Origin: Candidatus Spechtbacteria bacterium
GTDB lineage: Bacteria > Patescibacteriota > Minisyncoccia > Spechtbacterales > JACPHP01
Assembly: GCA_016188605.1 (NCBI GenBank)
Contig: JACPHP010000013.1
Coordinates: forward strand, 2,846 to 66,845
Reading direction: 5' to 3'
Length of the DNA stretch: 64,000 nt
Part shown: positions 48,641 through 58,372 of the stretch, in pieces
Position numbering within the stretch: position 1 is the first letter of the stretch
Layout of the letters: each line of letters opens with the position of its first letter
Made by a program: the position numbers and the translations under genes
The notes under the pieces: model-generated
What the model was told of the DNA's origin: nothing
The model's database searches: none
Seen by the model: only the letters and a program-made list of their open reading frames with translations

Positions 48641-49650
48641 TTGCGTGCCATGACGCTTCGTTTGTATATTTCAAGATTTTCAAGCGCGATGCCAGTACCT
48701 TTCACCACGCAGAGCAAAGGTTCCTCAGCGATATAGGCGGGAACACCGGTTGCTTCCGCAAGCAGCGCGTCAATGTTGCGCAGCATTGCTCCACCTCCGG
48801 AAATAATCATGCCGCGATCCATCACGTCTGCTGAAAGTTCCGGTGGTGTTTCACGGAGCACAGATTTCACAGCATTTATAATTTCTTTCATCTGTTCTGA
48901 TATTGCAAAAGTAATTTCATTTGATTTTATGTCCACAATTCTAGGCAGACCCGTCACAAGATCTCTCCCGCGAACTTCATAATGTTCTTCTTTTTTCTGC
49001 GGCACCGCGGAGCCAATGCGAATTTTAATATCTTCCGCGCTGCGCTCGCCAATTGCAAGATTATATATCGCTTTCATATACTGCGTGATTGTTTGATCGA
49101 TTTTATCGCCTCCAACCCGCACTGAAGCTACAGACACAATACCGCCAAGTGAAATTATTGCTACTTCCGTCGTTCCGCCACCAATATCAACAATCATATT
49201 TCCGGCAGGTGAATTAATGGGTATACCCGCACCAATAGCAGCCAAAATTGGCTCTTTAACCACATAGACAGCTTTAGCTCCTGCTTTTAGTGACGCTTGA
49301 ATTACTGCGCGCCGTTCTGTGGAAGTAATCCCGGCGGGCACAGACACCATCACCTCTGGCTTGAATAGCCGCACTCTACCACTTGCTTTATTGATAAAAT
49401 AGCGCAGCATGGCTTCTGTAACGCGGTAATCTGCAATAACACCGTCCTTCAGCGGACGGTGTGCCACAATTGTTTCTGGAGTGCGCCCTATCATTTCCCG
49501 CGCTTCCAGCCCCACTGCAAGAACAGTGTTGTCTTCAAGTGATACGGCAACAACCGACGGCTCATTTGCGATAATTCCAAGCCTAGGCACGAAAACAAGG
49601 CTATTAGCCGTGCCAAGATCTATACCAATTCTTGTTGGAGAGAAAAACAT
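48637..49650 (-). CDS. MreB/Mbl-like actin homolog (second paralog)
   Basis: RIGIDLGTANSLVFV and DIGGGTTEVAI are actin-fold motifs. About 45% identical by eye to the mreB at 39103. Confidence 0.85.
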   Translation of the reverse strand: MFFSPTRIGIDLGTANSLVFVPRLGIIANEPSVVAVSLEDNTVLAVGLEAREMIGRTPETIVAHRPLKDGVIADYRVTEAMLRYFINKASGRVRLFKPEVMVSVPAGITSTERRAVIQASLKAGAKAVYVVKEPILAAIGAGIPINSPAGNMIVDIGGGTTEVAIISLGGIVSVASVRVGGDKIDQTITQYMKAIYNLAIGERSAEDIKIRIGSAVPQKKEEHYEVRGRDLVTGLPRIVDIKSNEITFAISEQMKEIINAVKSVLRETPPELSADVMDRGMIISGGGAMLRNIDALLAEATGVPAYIAEEPLLCVVKGTGIALENLEIYKRSVMARK

Positions 49651-49660
49651 ATCAATCTCA

Positions 49661-49840
49661 AAATGTAAATCTCAAATGGCAAAACTAAAATCTGAATCGC
49701 AAATCTTCAGCCTGAGGCTGATCCCCGCCAGAGGCGGGCAGGCGCCTCTGGCGGAAAAATACCGTAGTTCGTAGTTTTTAGATTTGAGTTGTAGTTTTAC
49801 GTTTTGCGATTTGAGCTTTAAGATATAATATCAAAATAGT
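49661..49840. repeat. Composite element with the same GC core; 5' of the second mreB
   Basis: The core TCAGCCTGAGGCTGATCCCCGCCAGAGGCGGGCAGGCGCCTCTGGCGGAAAAA is shared with 48480-48600. Confidence 0.9.
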
Positions 49841-49841
49841 A

Positions 49842-51116
49842 CTATACTCTTTCAATCTTCGCCCCCAATCCCTGCAATTTCTTATCTATAGACTCATATC
49901 CTCTATCAATATGCTCAACGCCATAAACTACGCTCTCGCCCCGCGCGCATATGGCGGCAATTACAAGCGCGGCAGTTCCGCGCAAGTCGTGTCCCTCTAC
50001 ATTTGCGCCAGAAAGTTTGACTCCACCTTCAATAACCGCGCGATGTTCATCAAGTATCTTAACACTTGCTCCCAACTTTACTAATTCACCAAGAACTTTC
50101 ATGCGTCCCTCATATAAAGGATCGTGAATAAGAGTTTGTCCCGGTGTTTGTGTGGCAAGCACCGCGAACAAAGACTGCAAATCTGTTGGAATACCAGGAT
50201 ATGGCATTGCCTGCACTCGACCCAAAGATACTACGTCACACGACCGCACGTGTAAACTTGCATCGCCTTCCTCAATCAACGCGCCGTGTTCGCGAAGTAG
50301 TTTAAGAATCAAGGCAAGATGCTTTGGCGCCGCGTTTTGAATTTGCACGTCTCCTTTTGTGGCAAGGGCGGCAATCAAAAACGTTCCCGTTTCAATAGGG
50401 TCTGGAATAATTCTATGATTAGCGCCATGCAGAGATTTTGCACCTCGCACAGTAAGGTCATGCGAGCCAATCCCCTTTATTTCCACGCCAATAGCTTCGA
50501 GGAACCCGCACAGATCTTGCACGTGCGGTTCTGCCGCGGCAATATGAATCGTGCATTCTCCATTGCCCAATGCCAAAGCCATTAAAATATTTTCTGTTGC
50601 AGTAACACTAAACTCCGAAAGGATAATCTCACTCGGCCTCTCGTGGGATGTCTTGTAAATCTTGATCCATTTTTCTTCCTCTCGTATTTCATAACCCATA
50701 TCACGGAAGGCGTTCAGATGTGTATCGATTGGCCGCGCGCCAATATCACACCCGCCGGGATAAGGTAAATCCACTTCCCCAAAACGCGCGAGCAAGGGTC
50801 CAAAGAATAAAACCGATGAGCGCATACGCCGCATCAGCACGCGCGCTTCTTCGGTAATAACCGGCTTTATATCTTTTGCTTCAATAACAATAGTATGCTC
50901 ATCTTGCCATGTTGCTTGAGCGCCTAACATTCGCAAAACCTCAATCATACTTTCCACGTCCTGAATGCGTGGCACATTCTCAAGCCGGCATGGTTCACTG
51001 GTAAGAAGCGTGGCAGCTAAAATCGGCGTCGCCGCGTTCTTGGAGCCGCCGATGCTTACGATACCATTTAGAGGTACGCAGCCTTGTATGTGAAATGCGT
51101 TAATATTATCTACCAT
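49842..51116 (-). CDS. murA: UDP-N-acetylglucosamine 1-carboxyvinyltransferase
   Basis: MurA N-terminus (FHIQGCVPLNGIVSIGGSKNAATPILAA), catalytic Cys region, and EPSP-synthase fold. Length is 424 aa. Confidence 0.9.
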   Translation of the reverse strand: MVDNINAFHIQGCVPLNGIVSIGGSKNAATPILAATLLTSEPCRLENVPRIQDVESMIEVLRMLGAQATWQDEHTIVIEAKDIKPVITEEARVLMRRMRSSVLFFGPLLARFGEVDLPYPGGCDIGARPIDTHLNAFRDMGYEIREEEKWIKIYKTSHERPSEIILSEFSVTATENILMALALGNGECTIHIAAAEPHVQDLCGFLEAIGVEIKGIGSHDLTVRGAKSLHGANHRIIPDPIETGTFLIAALATKGDVQIQNAAPKHLALILKLLREHGALIEEGDASLHVRSCDVVSLGRVQAMPYPGIPTDLQSLFAVLATQTPGQTLIHDPLYEGRMKVLGELVKLGASVKILDEHRAVIEGGVKLSGANVEGHDLRGTAALVIAAICARGESVVYGVEHIDRGYESIDKKLQGLGAKIERV

Positions 51117-51246
51117 AAATAAGTATCAAAATCATAGCAGAAATAATGATGTGAGGCAAAAATTGGAGAATCGCTTAAAATGGTGTACGTGTACAGTACA
51201 TTGAAATTTGACGTTTTTTATAGCATAATCATATTGAGCATTATTT

Positions 51247-52722
51247 ATGACCAAACGCGCAAGAACCATCTTATTTCTCTCATTTGTTCTACTCTTTCTT
51301 ATTTCCGTTCCTCCGGTAATTTTTTATGCTGACGGCTATAGAATTGATTTCGCGCATTTCCGCATAGTTAAGGTGGGCGCGCTTCGTATCAATGCCCGTC
51401 CGTTTCCCGCAAATATGTATGTTGACGAAAAATTTATTGAATCTACAAGCTTTCTATTTAGAACTACATTCATAACGGACCTGCTACCGCAAAATTATCT
51501 AGTGCAAGTCAAAAAAGACGGTTATCAAACATGGCAAAAACAACTAGCCGTATACGAAGGATCAATAACCAGCGCGACGGCAATCACCCTTTTCCCCATA
51601 TTTCCATTGCAAACAATAATTCAATCCGATGCTGTAAGTAGCGGTTTTTTCCCCGAACCCAAAGGTAGGGCTGCTTTAATTGCTTACAACGCGCAGGATA
51701 GGTCTTATAACATAGGAGCGTATAACAGCCAAACCCATCAACTACTAAATCTTGATATTCCAAATTCAGTCGGGGTGCTTACCGATGTAGTTTGGTCAAA
51801 CGATGCAAAAAAAGCACTTTTAATATTTACAAAATCTAACGGCGCATTCTCGTATATTATTGCGGACAACCTTGGAGAGACTCCAACGATAACATTTGCC
51901 AGCAGTCTCTCTACGCTTCTTCCTTCGAAAGGAATGTTTAGCCGAACACAATGGAGTAATGACAATTCTCACCTCTTAACTATTGTTTCTTACACTGCTA
52001 CAACCAAAAAAACACAACAAGATTTGTATTATATCGACCTAGATACCAATACTTCGACTAAACCCGTACGAGCTAGGTTGGAAAATTACGTGTTAGATGT
52101 AAAAGATTTTCTTGTGCTGCAAGATGGCATATATACTATTGAGGGCGCAATAAATACCATGAATCACTATTCCGCAACCCTGTCAAACAGAACGCAAATC
52201 TCTTCAACGCCCTATCCCGTAACCTTTAACACGCCGAGTGCCGCCTTTCGCCTAATCGGCGATTCGTCAATGATATTTGCTCTACATTCCGACGGTCAAC
52301 TCCTGCGCTTTAATCAAGCAAAGCAAACGTTTGATAAAATTGCGGATGGCGTTAGGAACATCATTCCCGCTCCAGATGGGCTGAAAGTCGCTTTGCAAAA
52401 AGACAACGAGGTATATCTATACTGGGTAAAAGACATTAATGATATACCCAACCATAAAAAAGATGACGTAGAACTTATCTGGAGGCTTTCGGAGCCAATC
52501 AAATGGATAACATGGCTGTCAGCACCTTATCAATATCTTGCCATTGGCACCACAACCTCACTTAGAATAAGCGAGCTTGACACGCGTGACGGCCGCAATA
52601 TTGTATCTTACAAGCAAATAGCGCCAAATTCTGGCATGGTGTGGAATGATCAAAACCAAGAACTGCTACTGGTAAATAAAAATGATTTTGTTGGAGTCTC
52701 GCTGGACAAGACAACGCAATAA
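51247..52722 (+). CDS. Membrane-anchored protein with PEGA-like domain and beta-propeller-like C-terminal region
   Basis: N-terminal TM helix. YLVQVKKDGYQTWQKQLAV resembles PEGA. The rest is repetitive and beta-rich. Confidence 0.4.
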   Translation: MTKRARTILFLSFVLLFLISVPPVIFYADGYRIDFAHFRIVKVGALRINARPFPANMYVDEKFIESTSFLFRTTFITDLLPQNYLVQVKKDGYQTWQKQLAVYEGSITSATAITLFPIFPLQTIIQSDAVSSGFFPEPKGRAALIAYNAQDRSYNIGAYNSQTHQLLNLDIPNSVGVLTDVVWSNDAKKALLIFTKSNGAFSYIIADNLGETPTITFASSLSTLLPSKGMFSRTQWSNDNSHLLTIVSYTATTKKTQQDLYYIDLDTNTSTKPVRARLENYVLDVKDFLVLQDGIYTIEGAINTMNHYSATLSNRTQISSTPYPVTFNTPSAAFRLIGDSSMIFALHSDGQLLRFNQAKQTFDKIADGVRNIIPAPDGLKVALQKDNEVYLYWVKDINDIPNHKKDDVELIWRLSEPIKWITWLSAPYQYLAIGTTTSLRISELDTRDGRNIVSYKQIAPNSGMVWNDQNQELLLVNKNDFVGVSLDKTTQ

Positions 52723-52763
52723 GTTTCAATGCTACTTCATTGCTTCAAAAAACAACCCGCATA

Positions 52764-52793
52764 GTTTGCGGGTTGTTTTTAATAATATAGTTA
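52764..52793. terminator. Bidirectional hairpin terminator
   Basis: AAAAACAACCCGCATAGTTTGCGGGTTGTTTTT lies between a convergent gene pair. Confidence 0.7.
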
Positions 52794-52796
52794 AGT

Positions 52797-53357
52797 TTAG
52801 CGTTTCTGCCATTGAGGCGCTCTGCGAGCTTTCTTATATCCAAACTTCTTACGCTCCACTTCGCGCGGATCGCGGCGCAAATACCCCGCGCGCTTAAGGC
52901 GCGTGCGTAATTCATCGTTGTACAGTACCAACGCTCTAGCCGTGCCAAGGCGCATCGCCTCTGCCTGACCCCTCACACCGCCTCCCTGAGTTTTAACAGA
53001 TACAAAAAATCTATCCATTATCTTTGCTTTGCGCAATGCACCATTTGCAAGCATACGTAATTCTTCCGTAGAAAAAAACTCTGCGAACTCGCGCTCGTTA
53101 ACCATAATCTTTTTATCACCCTCTACATATAGACGGACGCGTGCAATCGCTGCCTTTCGTCTGCCGACTGCTTCATAATAAGAGCGGTCTGGAGTCTTAA
53201 AAGCCTCCTCCGCTTCGTTTTCCGCAGGAGCAACTTTAACCGTTTCATGTTTTAACGGTTTTACATCCTCTATCGCAAATGACTGCGCTACTTTTGGTGT
53301 TGCGGCGGTCTTTATGCGAGCTGGCGTTTTGTGCGTTGTTTTCTTTGTTTCTGGCAT
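52797..53357 (-). CDS. rpsI: 30S ribosomal protein S9 with N-terminal Lys/Ala/Pro-rich extension
   Basis: The C-terminal 130 aa are canonical S9 (YYEAVGRRKAAIARVRL ... KKARRAPQWQKR). Confidence 0.85.
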   Translation of the reverse strand: MPETKKTTHKTPARIKTAATPKVAQSFAIEDVKPLKHETVKVAPAENEAEEAFKTPDRSYYEAVGRRKAAIARVRLYVEGDKKIMVNEREFAEFFSTEELRMLANGALRKAKIMDRFFVSVKTQGGGVRGQAEAMRLGTARALVLYNDELRTRLKRAGYLRRDPREVERKKFGYKKARRAPQWQKR

Positions 53358-53363
53358 AATCCT

Positions 53364-53732
53364 TTATTTCTTTATAGTTAAACGCTTCATCCTGTCGTTT
53401 CGCAATTTATTTTTCGGAAGCATTCCATATACTGCGCGCTTCAAAACATCTGCCGGATCTTTCTGCCAAAGCTCTGTCAATGAACGTGTTTTTAAACCAC
53501 CGGGATAACGGCTGTGATGATAATATAGTTTGTCTGTCATTTTTTTCCCCGTTACTTCCACTTCTTTCACGTTTTCAATTTCTACCGCATGACCTTCGTC
53601 TTTGTTTGGCATCCAGGTAGCCTTATCTTTGCCTTGTAGCAAAACAGCGACTTCAGTTGCGAGCCTTCCGAGCGTTTTGCCTTTTGCGTCAATCACAATC
53701 GGCGATTCAGTTGTTGCTTTTATGATTTTCAT
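53364..53732 (-). CDS. rplM: 50S ribosomal protein L13
   Basis: WIVIDAKGKTLGRLATEVA-type N-terminus and a YHHSRYPGGLK-like region. Length is 122 aa. Confidence 0.9.
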   Translation of the reverse strand: MKIIKATTESPIVIDAKGKTLGRLATEVAVLLQGKDKATWMPNKDEGHAVEIENVKEVEVTGKKMTDKLYYHHSRYPGGLKTRSLTELWQKDPADVLKRAVYGMLPKNKLRNDRMKRLTIKK

Positions 53733-53806
53733 GTTGATTACTGCCGATCGCCTACCGACTACCGTCGTTAAGCGGTTTGCGGTAGACGGTAAGCGGTAGT
53801 CAATTA
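53733..53806. repeat. ACCGAC/TACCGC-word palindrome (rplM/rplQ spacer)
   Basis: CTGCCGATCGCCTACCGACTACCGTCG ... GCGGTAGACGGTAAGCGGTAGTC. Confidence 0.75.
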
Positions 53807-54154
53807 TTATACAAATTCAATAATAGCTCGAAGGGCTGAATCTCCCTTGCGCGGTTCGCGCTTCGTAATTCTGGTATACCCTCCGTTTCGTTCCATATAG
53901 CGTGGCGCTACAACATCTACAAGATGCTTCGCCGTTTCCGCTGTAAGAAATTTACGTATAACTCGACGATTTGCCACAGAACCAGTTCGAGCTCTTGTTA
54001 TCAATCTCTCTACAACAGGACGAATTTCTTTTGCTCTCACTTCGGTTGTAGTTATTTTTTCATGCAAAATAAGCGACTCCGCCAAGCTCTTAATAAGTTG
54101 GCTACGCGCATCTCTCTTCAAGCTCATTTTTCGTCCCTTTTTATTCTTAGCCAT
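53807..54154 (-). CDS. rplQ: 50S ribosomal protein L17
   Basis: LKRDARSQLIKSLAESLILHEKITTTEVRAKEIRPVVERLIT is L17. Start trimmed to an internal Met. Confidence 0.85.
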   Translation of the reverse strand: MAKNKKGRKMSLKRDARSQLIKSLAESLILHEKITTTEVRAKEIRPVVERLITRARTGSVANRRVIRKFLTAETAKHLVDVVAPRYMERNGGYTRITKREPRKGDSALRAIIEFV

Positions 54155-54159
54155 ATTTA

Positions 54160-54221
54160 TTACTGCTGACCGCATACCGTCAACCGACTACTGTCGTCGG
54201 TAAACGGTTGTCGGTTAGCTG
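54160..54221. repeat. ACCGAC/TACCGC-word palindrome (rplQ/rpoA spacer)
   Basis: CTGCTGACCGCATACCGTCAACCGACTACTGTCGTCGGTAAACGGTTGTCGGTTAGC. Confidence 0.7.
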
Positions 54222-55187
54222 TTAGCTTTTCAATGACAATTTAACTTTCTTCAATGCTTTCTTAATTTCATCTACTCCTTTTTGCCCCATGCCCTCCACT
54301 TCTAGCAAGTCATCTTCGGTCTTCTTTACAAGCCCCGCCACTGTCTTAATTCCGCCCCCTTCAAGCACATTACTCGTTCTTGTAGAAATTTTCAACTCCG
54401 ACGCTGGCATTTTCATTATAGCTTCCTCGCCCCCCCTCTCCTCTACTTCCTCCGTTTCTTTAGAGGCGGCTGATTTCTGGCTTGTCTCAATTTGCAGTAG
54501 TGTTAAAAACTGATCGACAAGCACCTGTACGGCGGTTTGAAAAGCCGCCTCCGGTGAAATACTACCGTCTGTTTCTATCTCAAATTTAACCCTATTATAA
54601 TCCGTGCGATCGCCTACACGCATATCCTCAACTACGAAGTTCGCTTTGCGTACCGGAGTAAAGATTGCGTCCAGAGGAATAACTCCAACCGAAGCTTTAT
54701 CGCCCTTGCGCTGCGCTACGCTCTCGTAGCCCATGCCTGCCTGCACTTCCATTTCCATTTCTAATGTAACATTTTTGTCTGTCAAGGTTGCTATATGCGC
54801 GTCTTTGTTGATTATTTCAACTTGGCTAGGGGTCTCAATGTCTCCCGCCGTAACATCTTTCTTGCCCCTTACCTTCAATGTTATTCTTTGCGACTCATCG
54901 CCGTGAAGCATGATGCGGATAGCCTTCAAATTCAAGGTGATTTCTAAAACGTCTTCGAGCACGCCCTCAATGGTTGAAAATTCGTGATTGACTCCGCTTA
55001 TTTTTACTGAAGTAATTGCCGCACCGGGAATTGAAGAAAGCAAAACACGGCGCAAAGCGTTGCCAAGGGTCACGCCAAAGCCAGGGTATAAATCCTCAAT
55101 TTCAACAACTGTACGCATGGTATCTCCGACACGAGTTTTATCATGCTCCATTACACGTGGTGATTTGGGTAAAGAAATAGATGGCAT
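54222..55187 (-). CDS. rpoA: DNA-directed RNA polymerase subunit alpha
   Basis: GFGVTLGNALRRVLLSSIPGAAI N-domain and a C-terminal alpha-CTD. Length is 321 aa. Confidence 0.9.
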   Translation of the reverse strand: MPSISLPKSPRVMEHDKTRVGDTMRTVVEIEDLYPGFGVTLGNALRRVLLSSIPGAAITSVKISGVNHEFSTIEGVLEDVLEITLNLKAIRIMLHGDESQRITLKVRGKKDVTAGDIETPSQVEIINKDAHIATLTDKNVTLEMEMEVQAGMGYESVAQRKGDKASVGVIPLDAIFTPVRKANFVVEDMRVGDRTDYNRVKFEIETDGSISPEAAFQTAVQVLVDQFLTLLQIETSQKSAASKETEEVEERGGEEAIMKMPASELKISTRTSNVLEGGGIKTVAGLVKKTEDDLLEVEGMGQKGVDEIKKALKKVKLSLKS

Positions 55188-55395
55188 AAAAAATAAATTT
55201 AATTTTCAATTTTCAATAATCAATTTTCAATGAATTTACAATGTTTCAATTACTAATCGTGTGTTTTCAGCCATAGGCTGATCCGCCTCAGGCGGAGAAA
55301 ATTAGTTAGTTACGTCATTGATTGCGTAAAGCAACGTGGTTGCCACGCAACTATACGTTGAAAATTGGAAATTGATAATTGAAAATTTAGCATTA
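55188..55395. repeat. Composite element: CAATTTTCAAT-word arms plus a degenerate GC core (TCAGCCATAGGCTGATCCGCCTCAGGCGGAG)
   Basis: Lies in the rpoA/rpsD spacer. Confidence 0.75.
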
Positions 55396-55887
55396 TTATC
55401 TACTATAAAACTCTATTACTGAATGAATATTAACCTCCATACCCGCCTCTTCAACTGCCGCACGACCAACCACCGTCCCCTCTTTCTTCTCTTTGTCTAA
55501 ACGAATCCATGTGGGGGCTTGATGTTTTTTGAGTCGCTCGTCTAAATCAATAAATATCCCCCTTTGCGTATGAGCAAGCCTTATACCCACCACATCGTTT
55601 ATTTTACTCTGATATGATGGTGTATTTAACACTTTACCATTTACGGTGATGTGCTTATGGCCAACCATCTGGCGGGCCATTGGGCGTGTCATCGCAAAAC
55701 CAAGACGATATACAACGCTATCTAGTCTCATTTCTAAAAGATTAAAAACGTCATCTGGCTTTTGCGCCTTCTTAAAATAGTTATGGAATTGGCGTTCGCG
55801 CAACCCATAGCCATTTCGCAGTTTCTGCTTTTCAGCAAACTGCTGGCCGTATTCTGATTTTTGTCGTCTTGCTCCGCCTTTTGGCAT
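55396..55887 (-). CDS. rpsD: 30S ribosomal protein S4 (short, no zinc finger)
   Basis: LRERQFHNYFKKA...LEMRLDSVVYRLGFA, followed by an S4 RNA-binding domain. Confidence 0.9.
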   Translation of the reverse strand: MPKGGARRQKSEYGQQFAEKQKLRNGYGLRERQFHNYFKKAQKPDDVFNLLEMRLDSVVYRLGFAMTRPMARQMVGHKHITVNGKVLNTPSYQSKINDVVGIRLAHTQRGIFIDLDERLKKHQAPTWIRLDKEKKEGTVVGRAAVEEAGMEVNIHSVIEFYSR

Positions 55888-55956
55888 AAAATATAAAATT
55901 TAAATCTCAACCCTTAAAGTAATTTTGAGTTTTGAGATTTGCATTTTGAGATTTAT

Positions 55957-56409
55957 TTATACGTGTCTTACTCTCTTTGGCCTGCATCCATTATGAGCAA
56001 TCGGCGTAATATCTTTTAGTGATACAACGTTTACTCCGCGACCCGTTACTGCGCGCAGAGCTGCATCACGGCCGCCTCCAATACCGCTTACTAATACAGA
56101 GATCTGCTCAATTGCGACTTTTCCCAAGCGCTCAAATGCAGTTTCCACTGCTTTTGATGCCGCAAACGGCGTTGCCTTTTTGGGACCCTTAAAGCCTAGA
56201 TTGCCGGAAGAAGCCCAGGAAAGCACGCTTCCCTTCTCATCTGTAATTGTTATCAATACGTTGTTGTAAGAAGCTTTGATGTAAACTTTGCCGTTTTTTA
56301 TGCCGGCGACTTTCTTTCCAGCATTTTTGGACGCCAAGCCAGCCTCGGATTCATCCGATTCTTTTAATACCTCTTCTTCAGGTTTTCCTGCTACGCGTTT
56401 TTTACCCAT
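55957..56409 (-). CDS. rpsK: 30S ribosomal protein S11
   Basis: GKVYIKASYNNVLITITDEKGSVLSWASSG ... CRPKRVRHV. Confidence 0.9.
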   Translation of the reverse strand: MGKKRVAGKPEEEVLKESDESEAGLASKNAGKKVAGIKNGKVYIKASYNNVLITITDEKGSVLSWASSGNLGFKGPKKATPFAASKAVETAFERLGKVAIEQISVLVSGIGGGRDAALRAVTGRGVNVVSLKDITPIAHNGCRPKRVRHV

Positions 56410-56538
56410 AATTTATTATTTGCTAACTGCTGACCGTCTACCGCAAACCGCTTAACGACGATTGACAGTAACATGTGTACGGTTGTCGGTATGCGGTAGA
56501 CGGTATGCTGTCGTCAGTTAGCATTAGTCATTTTATTA
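56410..56538. repeat. ACCGAC/TACCGC-word palindrome (rpsK/rpsM spacer)
   Basis: GCTAACTGCTGACCGTCTACCGCAAACCGCTTAACGACG ... GTCGGTATGCGGTAGACGGTATGCTGTCGTCAGTTAGC. Confidence 0.8.
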
Positions 56539-56925
56539 TTATGTTGGGCTCGCTGACGGCTTGCGGCCCGAACCCATGGTCTTGCGAACGTTGCCACGCA
56601 CGGTGCGTGAGTTGGTTCTGGTGCGCTGGCCGCGTGTCGGCAAACCTTTTGCGTGTCTTGTTCCACGATAAGCTCCGATATCCTTCAAACGTTTAACATT
56701 TCCCGAGATCTCTCTGCGCAAATCACCCTCAATCTTATATACTTCCATTAAATTACGCAAGACATTGACCTCCTCAGCCGTAAGCTCTTTGGCTCGGCGG
56801 TCAGGACTAATTTTGGCTTGGGCTAAAAGTTTTTTACTCAAAGTCGGACCAACGCCAAAAATATAGGTCAATGATACCTCTATACGCTTATTCTCTGGTA
56901 TTTCAACTCCTGCTATACGTGGCAT
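56539..56925 (-). CDS. rpsM: 30S ribosomal protein S13
   Basis: [26 protein letters not shown] ... [20 protein letters not shown]. Confidence 0.9.
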   Translation of the reverse strand: MPRIAGVEIPENKRIEVSLTYIFGVGPTLSKKLLAQAKISPDRRAKELTAEEVNVLRNLMEVYKIEGDLRREISGNVKRLKDIGAYRGTRHAKGLPTRGQRTRTNSRTVRGNVRKTMGSGRKPSASPT

Positions 56926-56930
56926 AACAA

Positions 56931-57060
56931 TAATTTAAATTTCAAAATCCAAATGTCAAATTACAAATGAATGTCAAAATCTAAAGTTTAAAATTTTGAT
57001 ATTGATCATTTGAACTTGATTTGACATTTGAAATTTAGACTTTGACATTTTGCATTTTAC
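56931..57060. repeat. AT-rich word palindrome, TGTCAAA/TTTGACA subfamily, third (diverged) copy
   Basis: Related to the atpA-flanking copies. Lies in the rpsM/rpmJ spacer. Confidence 0.8.
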
Positions 57061-57061
57061 T

Positions 57062-57178
57062 TTATCCCTGTCGCTGTTTATGCTTCGGAGTAGTCTTGCA
57101 TATAACAAAAATCACACCTCTGCGGCGGACTATTTTACACGATCTACACATTGTTTTTACGGATGCTCGTACTTTCAT
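57062..57178 (-). CDS. rpmJ: 50S ribosomal protein L36
   Basis: Not in the ORF table because it is under 60 aa. Minus-strand translation gives [38 protein letters not shown], the canonical C-x2-C...C-x4-H L36. It sits between infA and rpsM as expected. Confidence 0.85.
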   Translation of the reverse strand: MKVRASVKTMCRSCKIVRRRGVIFVICKTTPKHKQRQG

Positions 57179-57278
57179 AGTTTTTAATCTAATTATAGCA
57201 ATGCTCTAATTAGACTCGCGAAATAACGCAGACTTAACGCGGAAACACGCGGAAAGCAAGTTAACTTAATTGCTAAAA

Positions 57279-57500
57279 TTACTTCTGACGATAAACAATG
57301 CGCCCCTTCGTAAGATCGTAGGGGCTCATCTCAACGGTTACGTGATCACCGGGCAAAATGCGAATAAAATTCACACGCATCTTCCCCGAAAGATGGGCTA
57401 GAATTTCTGGCTTTCCTTCTTCGCTTATCTGTACACGAAATGTCGTGTTGGGAAGCGCTTCAATTACAATACCCTCCTTTCTAATTACGTCTTTGTTCAT
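57279..57500 (-). CDS. infA: Translation initiation factor IF-1
   Basis: [17 protein letters not shown]...[33 protein letters not shown] is an S1-like OB fold. Confidence 0.9.
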   Translation of the reverse strand: MNKDVIRKEGIVIEALPNTTFRVQISEEGKPEILAHLSGKMRVNFIRILPGDHVTVEMSPYDLTKGRIVYRQK

Positions 57501-57654
57501 ATAAAGTATATTGAAAGATTAGCAAGATTGAGTTAAATCGTCAAGAGCGGCCTATGTTTGGGTTGTTTAGTGCTAGTACAGCCACGCCCCGCACTGTCAT
57601 AATTATCTAATAAATTGCCTGTAGAGGCAAGTTCCCATAACCTAAATCGTTAAA

Positions 57655-57678
57655 AAGGCTCCGAAGTTACTCGGAGCC
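57655..57678 (-). terminator. Rho-independent terminator
   Basis: GGCTCCGAGTAACTTCGGAGCC stem followed by TTTTT on the minus strand, immediately 3' of the NDT-like gene. Confidence 0.7.
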
Positions 57679-57685
57679 AATAATA

Positions 57686-58372
57686 TTAAAAAGTAAATTC
57701 TGGTAAAACTACTTTGGGAAGATCTGGGTCTGGCTTTAACACAAAGCTAATATCCTGGCCATTTACCTTGCATATAAATCGGCCGGAATCGATATCCGCT
57801 CGCATCACTTTAAGGCAAGCCTCAAAATCCCCTTCTACCAATACCCCGCCCCCAAACATCATGCCACACTGCATCATTAGGTTAATCGATGTTCCAAAAT
57901 CATCGACGACAATGTATCCGTCACGGTCAACGTACACGCCGCCTTCAAATGGCTTGCATTGATATCCCGCAAGCGTCCGCTCAACTAGCCCTCTTAAATC
58001 GCGAATATATCCGTACGAAGGCTTGCCCAGGGCATTCCCATAGCCAAGCTCGTAAGCCGTGCCATCGTCCATGCACACGCCACGGAACGAGTTGCAGTTC
58101 GCGACCACGAAATGGCATTGCTGAATCTGCTGAATGTCGCCGCGATAAATTTTCATCGCGGTGTCCATGCCGCCATTAAAATCTATGCCGGAGTTGTTAT
58201 CCATCGGATGAAGAGGCGTAAAACCGTACTTACGGCATAGTTGGCGCTGAATTTCAGCATTCTCAACCGCGTTGGGAAGAAACACCTCGGGACCAGCTAG
58301 ATAAAGCTTTGGCCGCATTTTATCTCCTCCATTAAAAACTTCATTAAGATTATCAAATATATTATCGAACAT
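57686..58372 (-). CDS. Nucleoside 2-deoxyribosyltransferase-like protein (NDT family) with about 70-aa C-terminal extension
   Basis: KLYLAGPEVF corresponds to the NDT YFGAGWF motif. DDGTAYELGYGNALGKP corresponds to NDT D-x-G-x-x-(F/M)-E-(L/M)-G-Y-A with the catalytic Glu. Overlaps the PurM-like gene by 11 nt. Confidence 0.55.
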   Translation of the reverse strand: MFDNIFDNLNEVFNGGDKMRPKLYLAGPEVFLPNAVENAEIQRQLCRKYGFTPLHPMDNNSGIDFNGGMDTAMKIYRGDIQQIQQCHFVVANCNSFRGVCMDDGTAYELGYGNALGKPSYGYIRDLRGLVERTLAGYQCKPFEGGVYVDRDGYIVVDDFGTSINLMMQCGMMFGGGVLVEGDFEACLKVMRADIDSGRFICKVNGQDISFVLKPDPDLPKVVLPEFTF

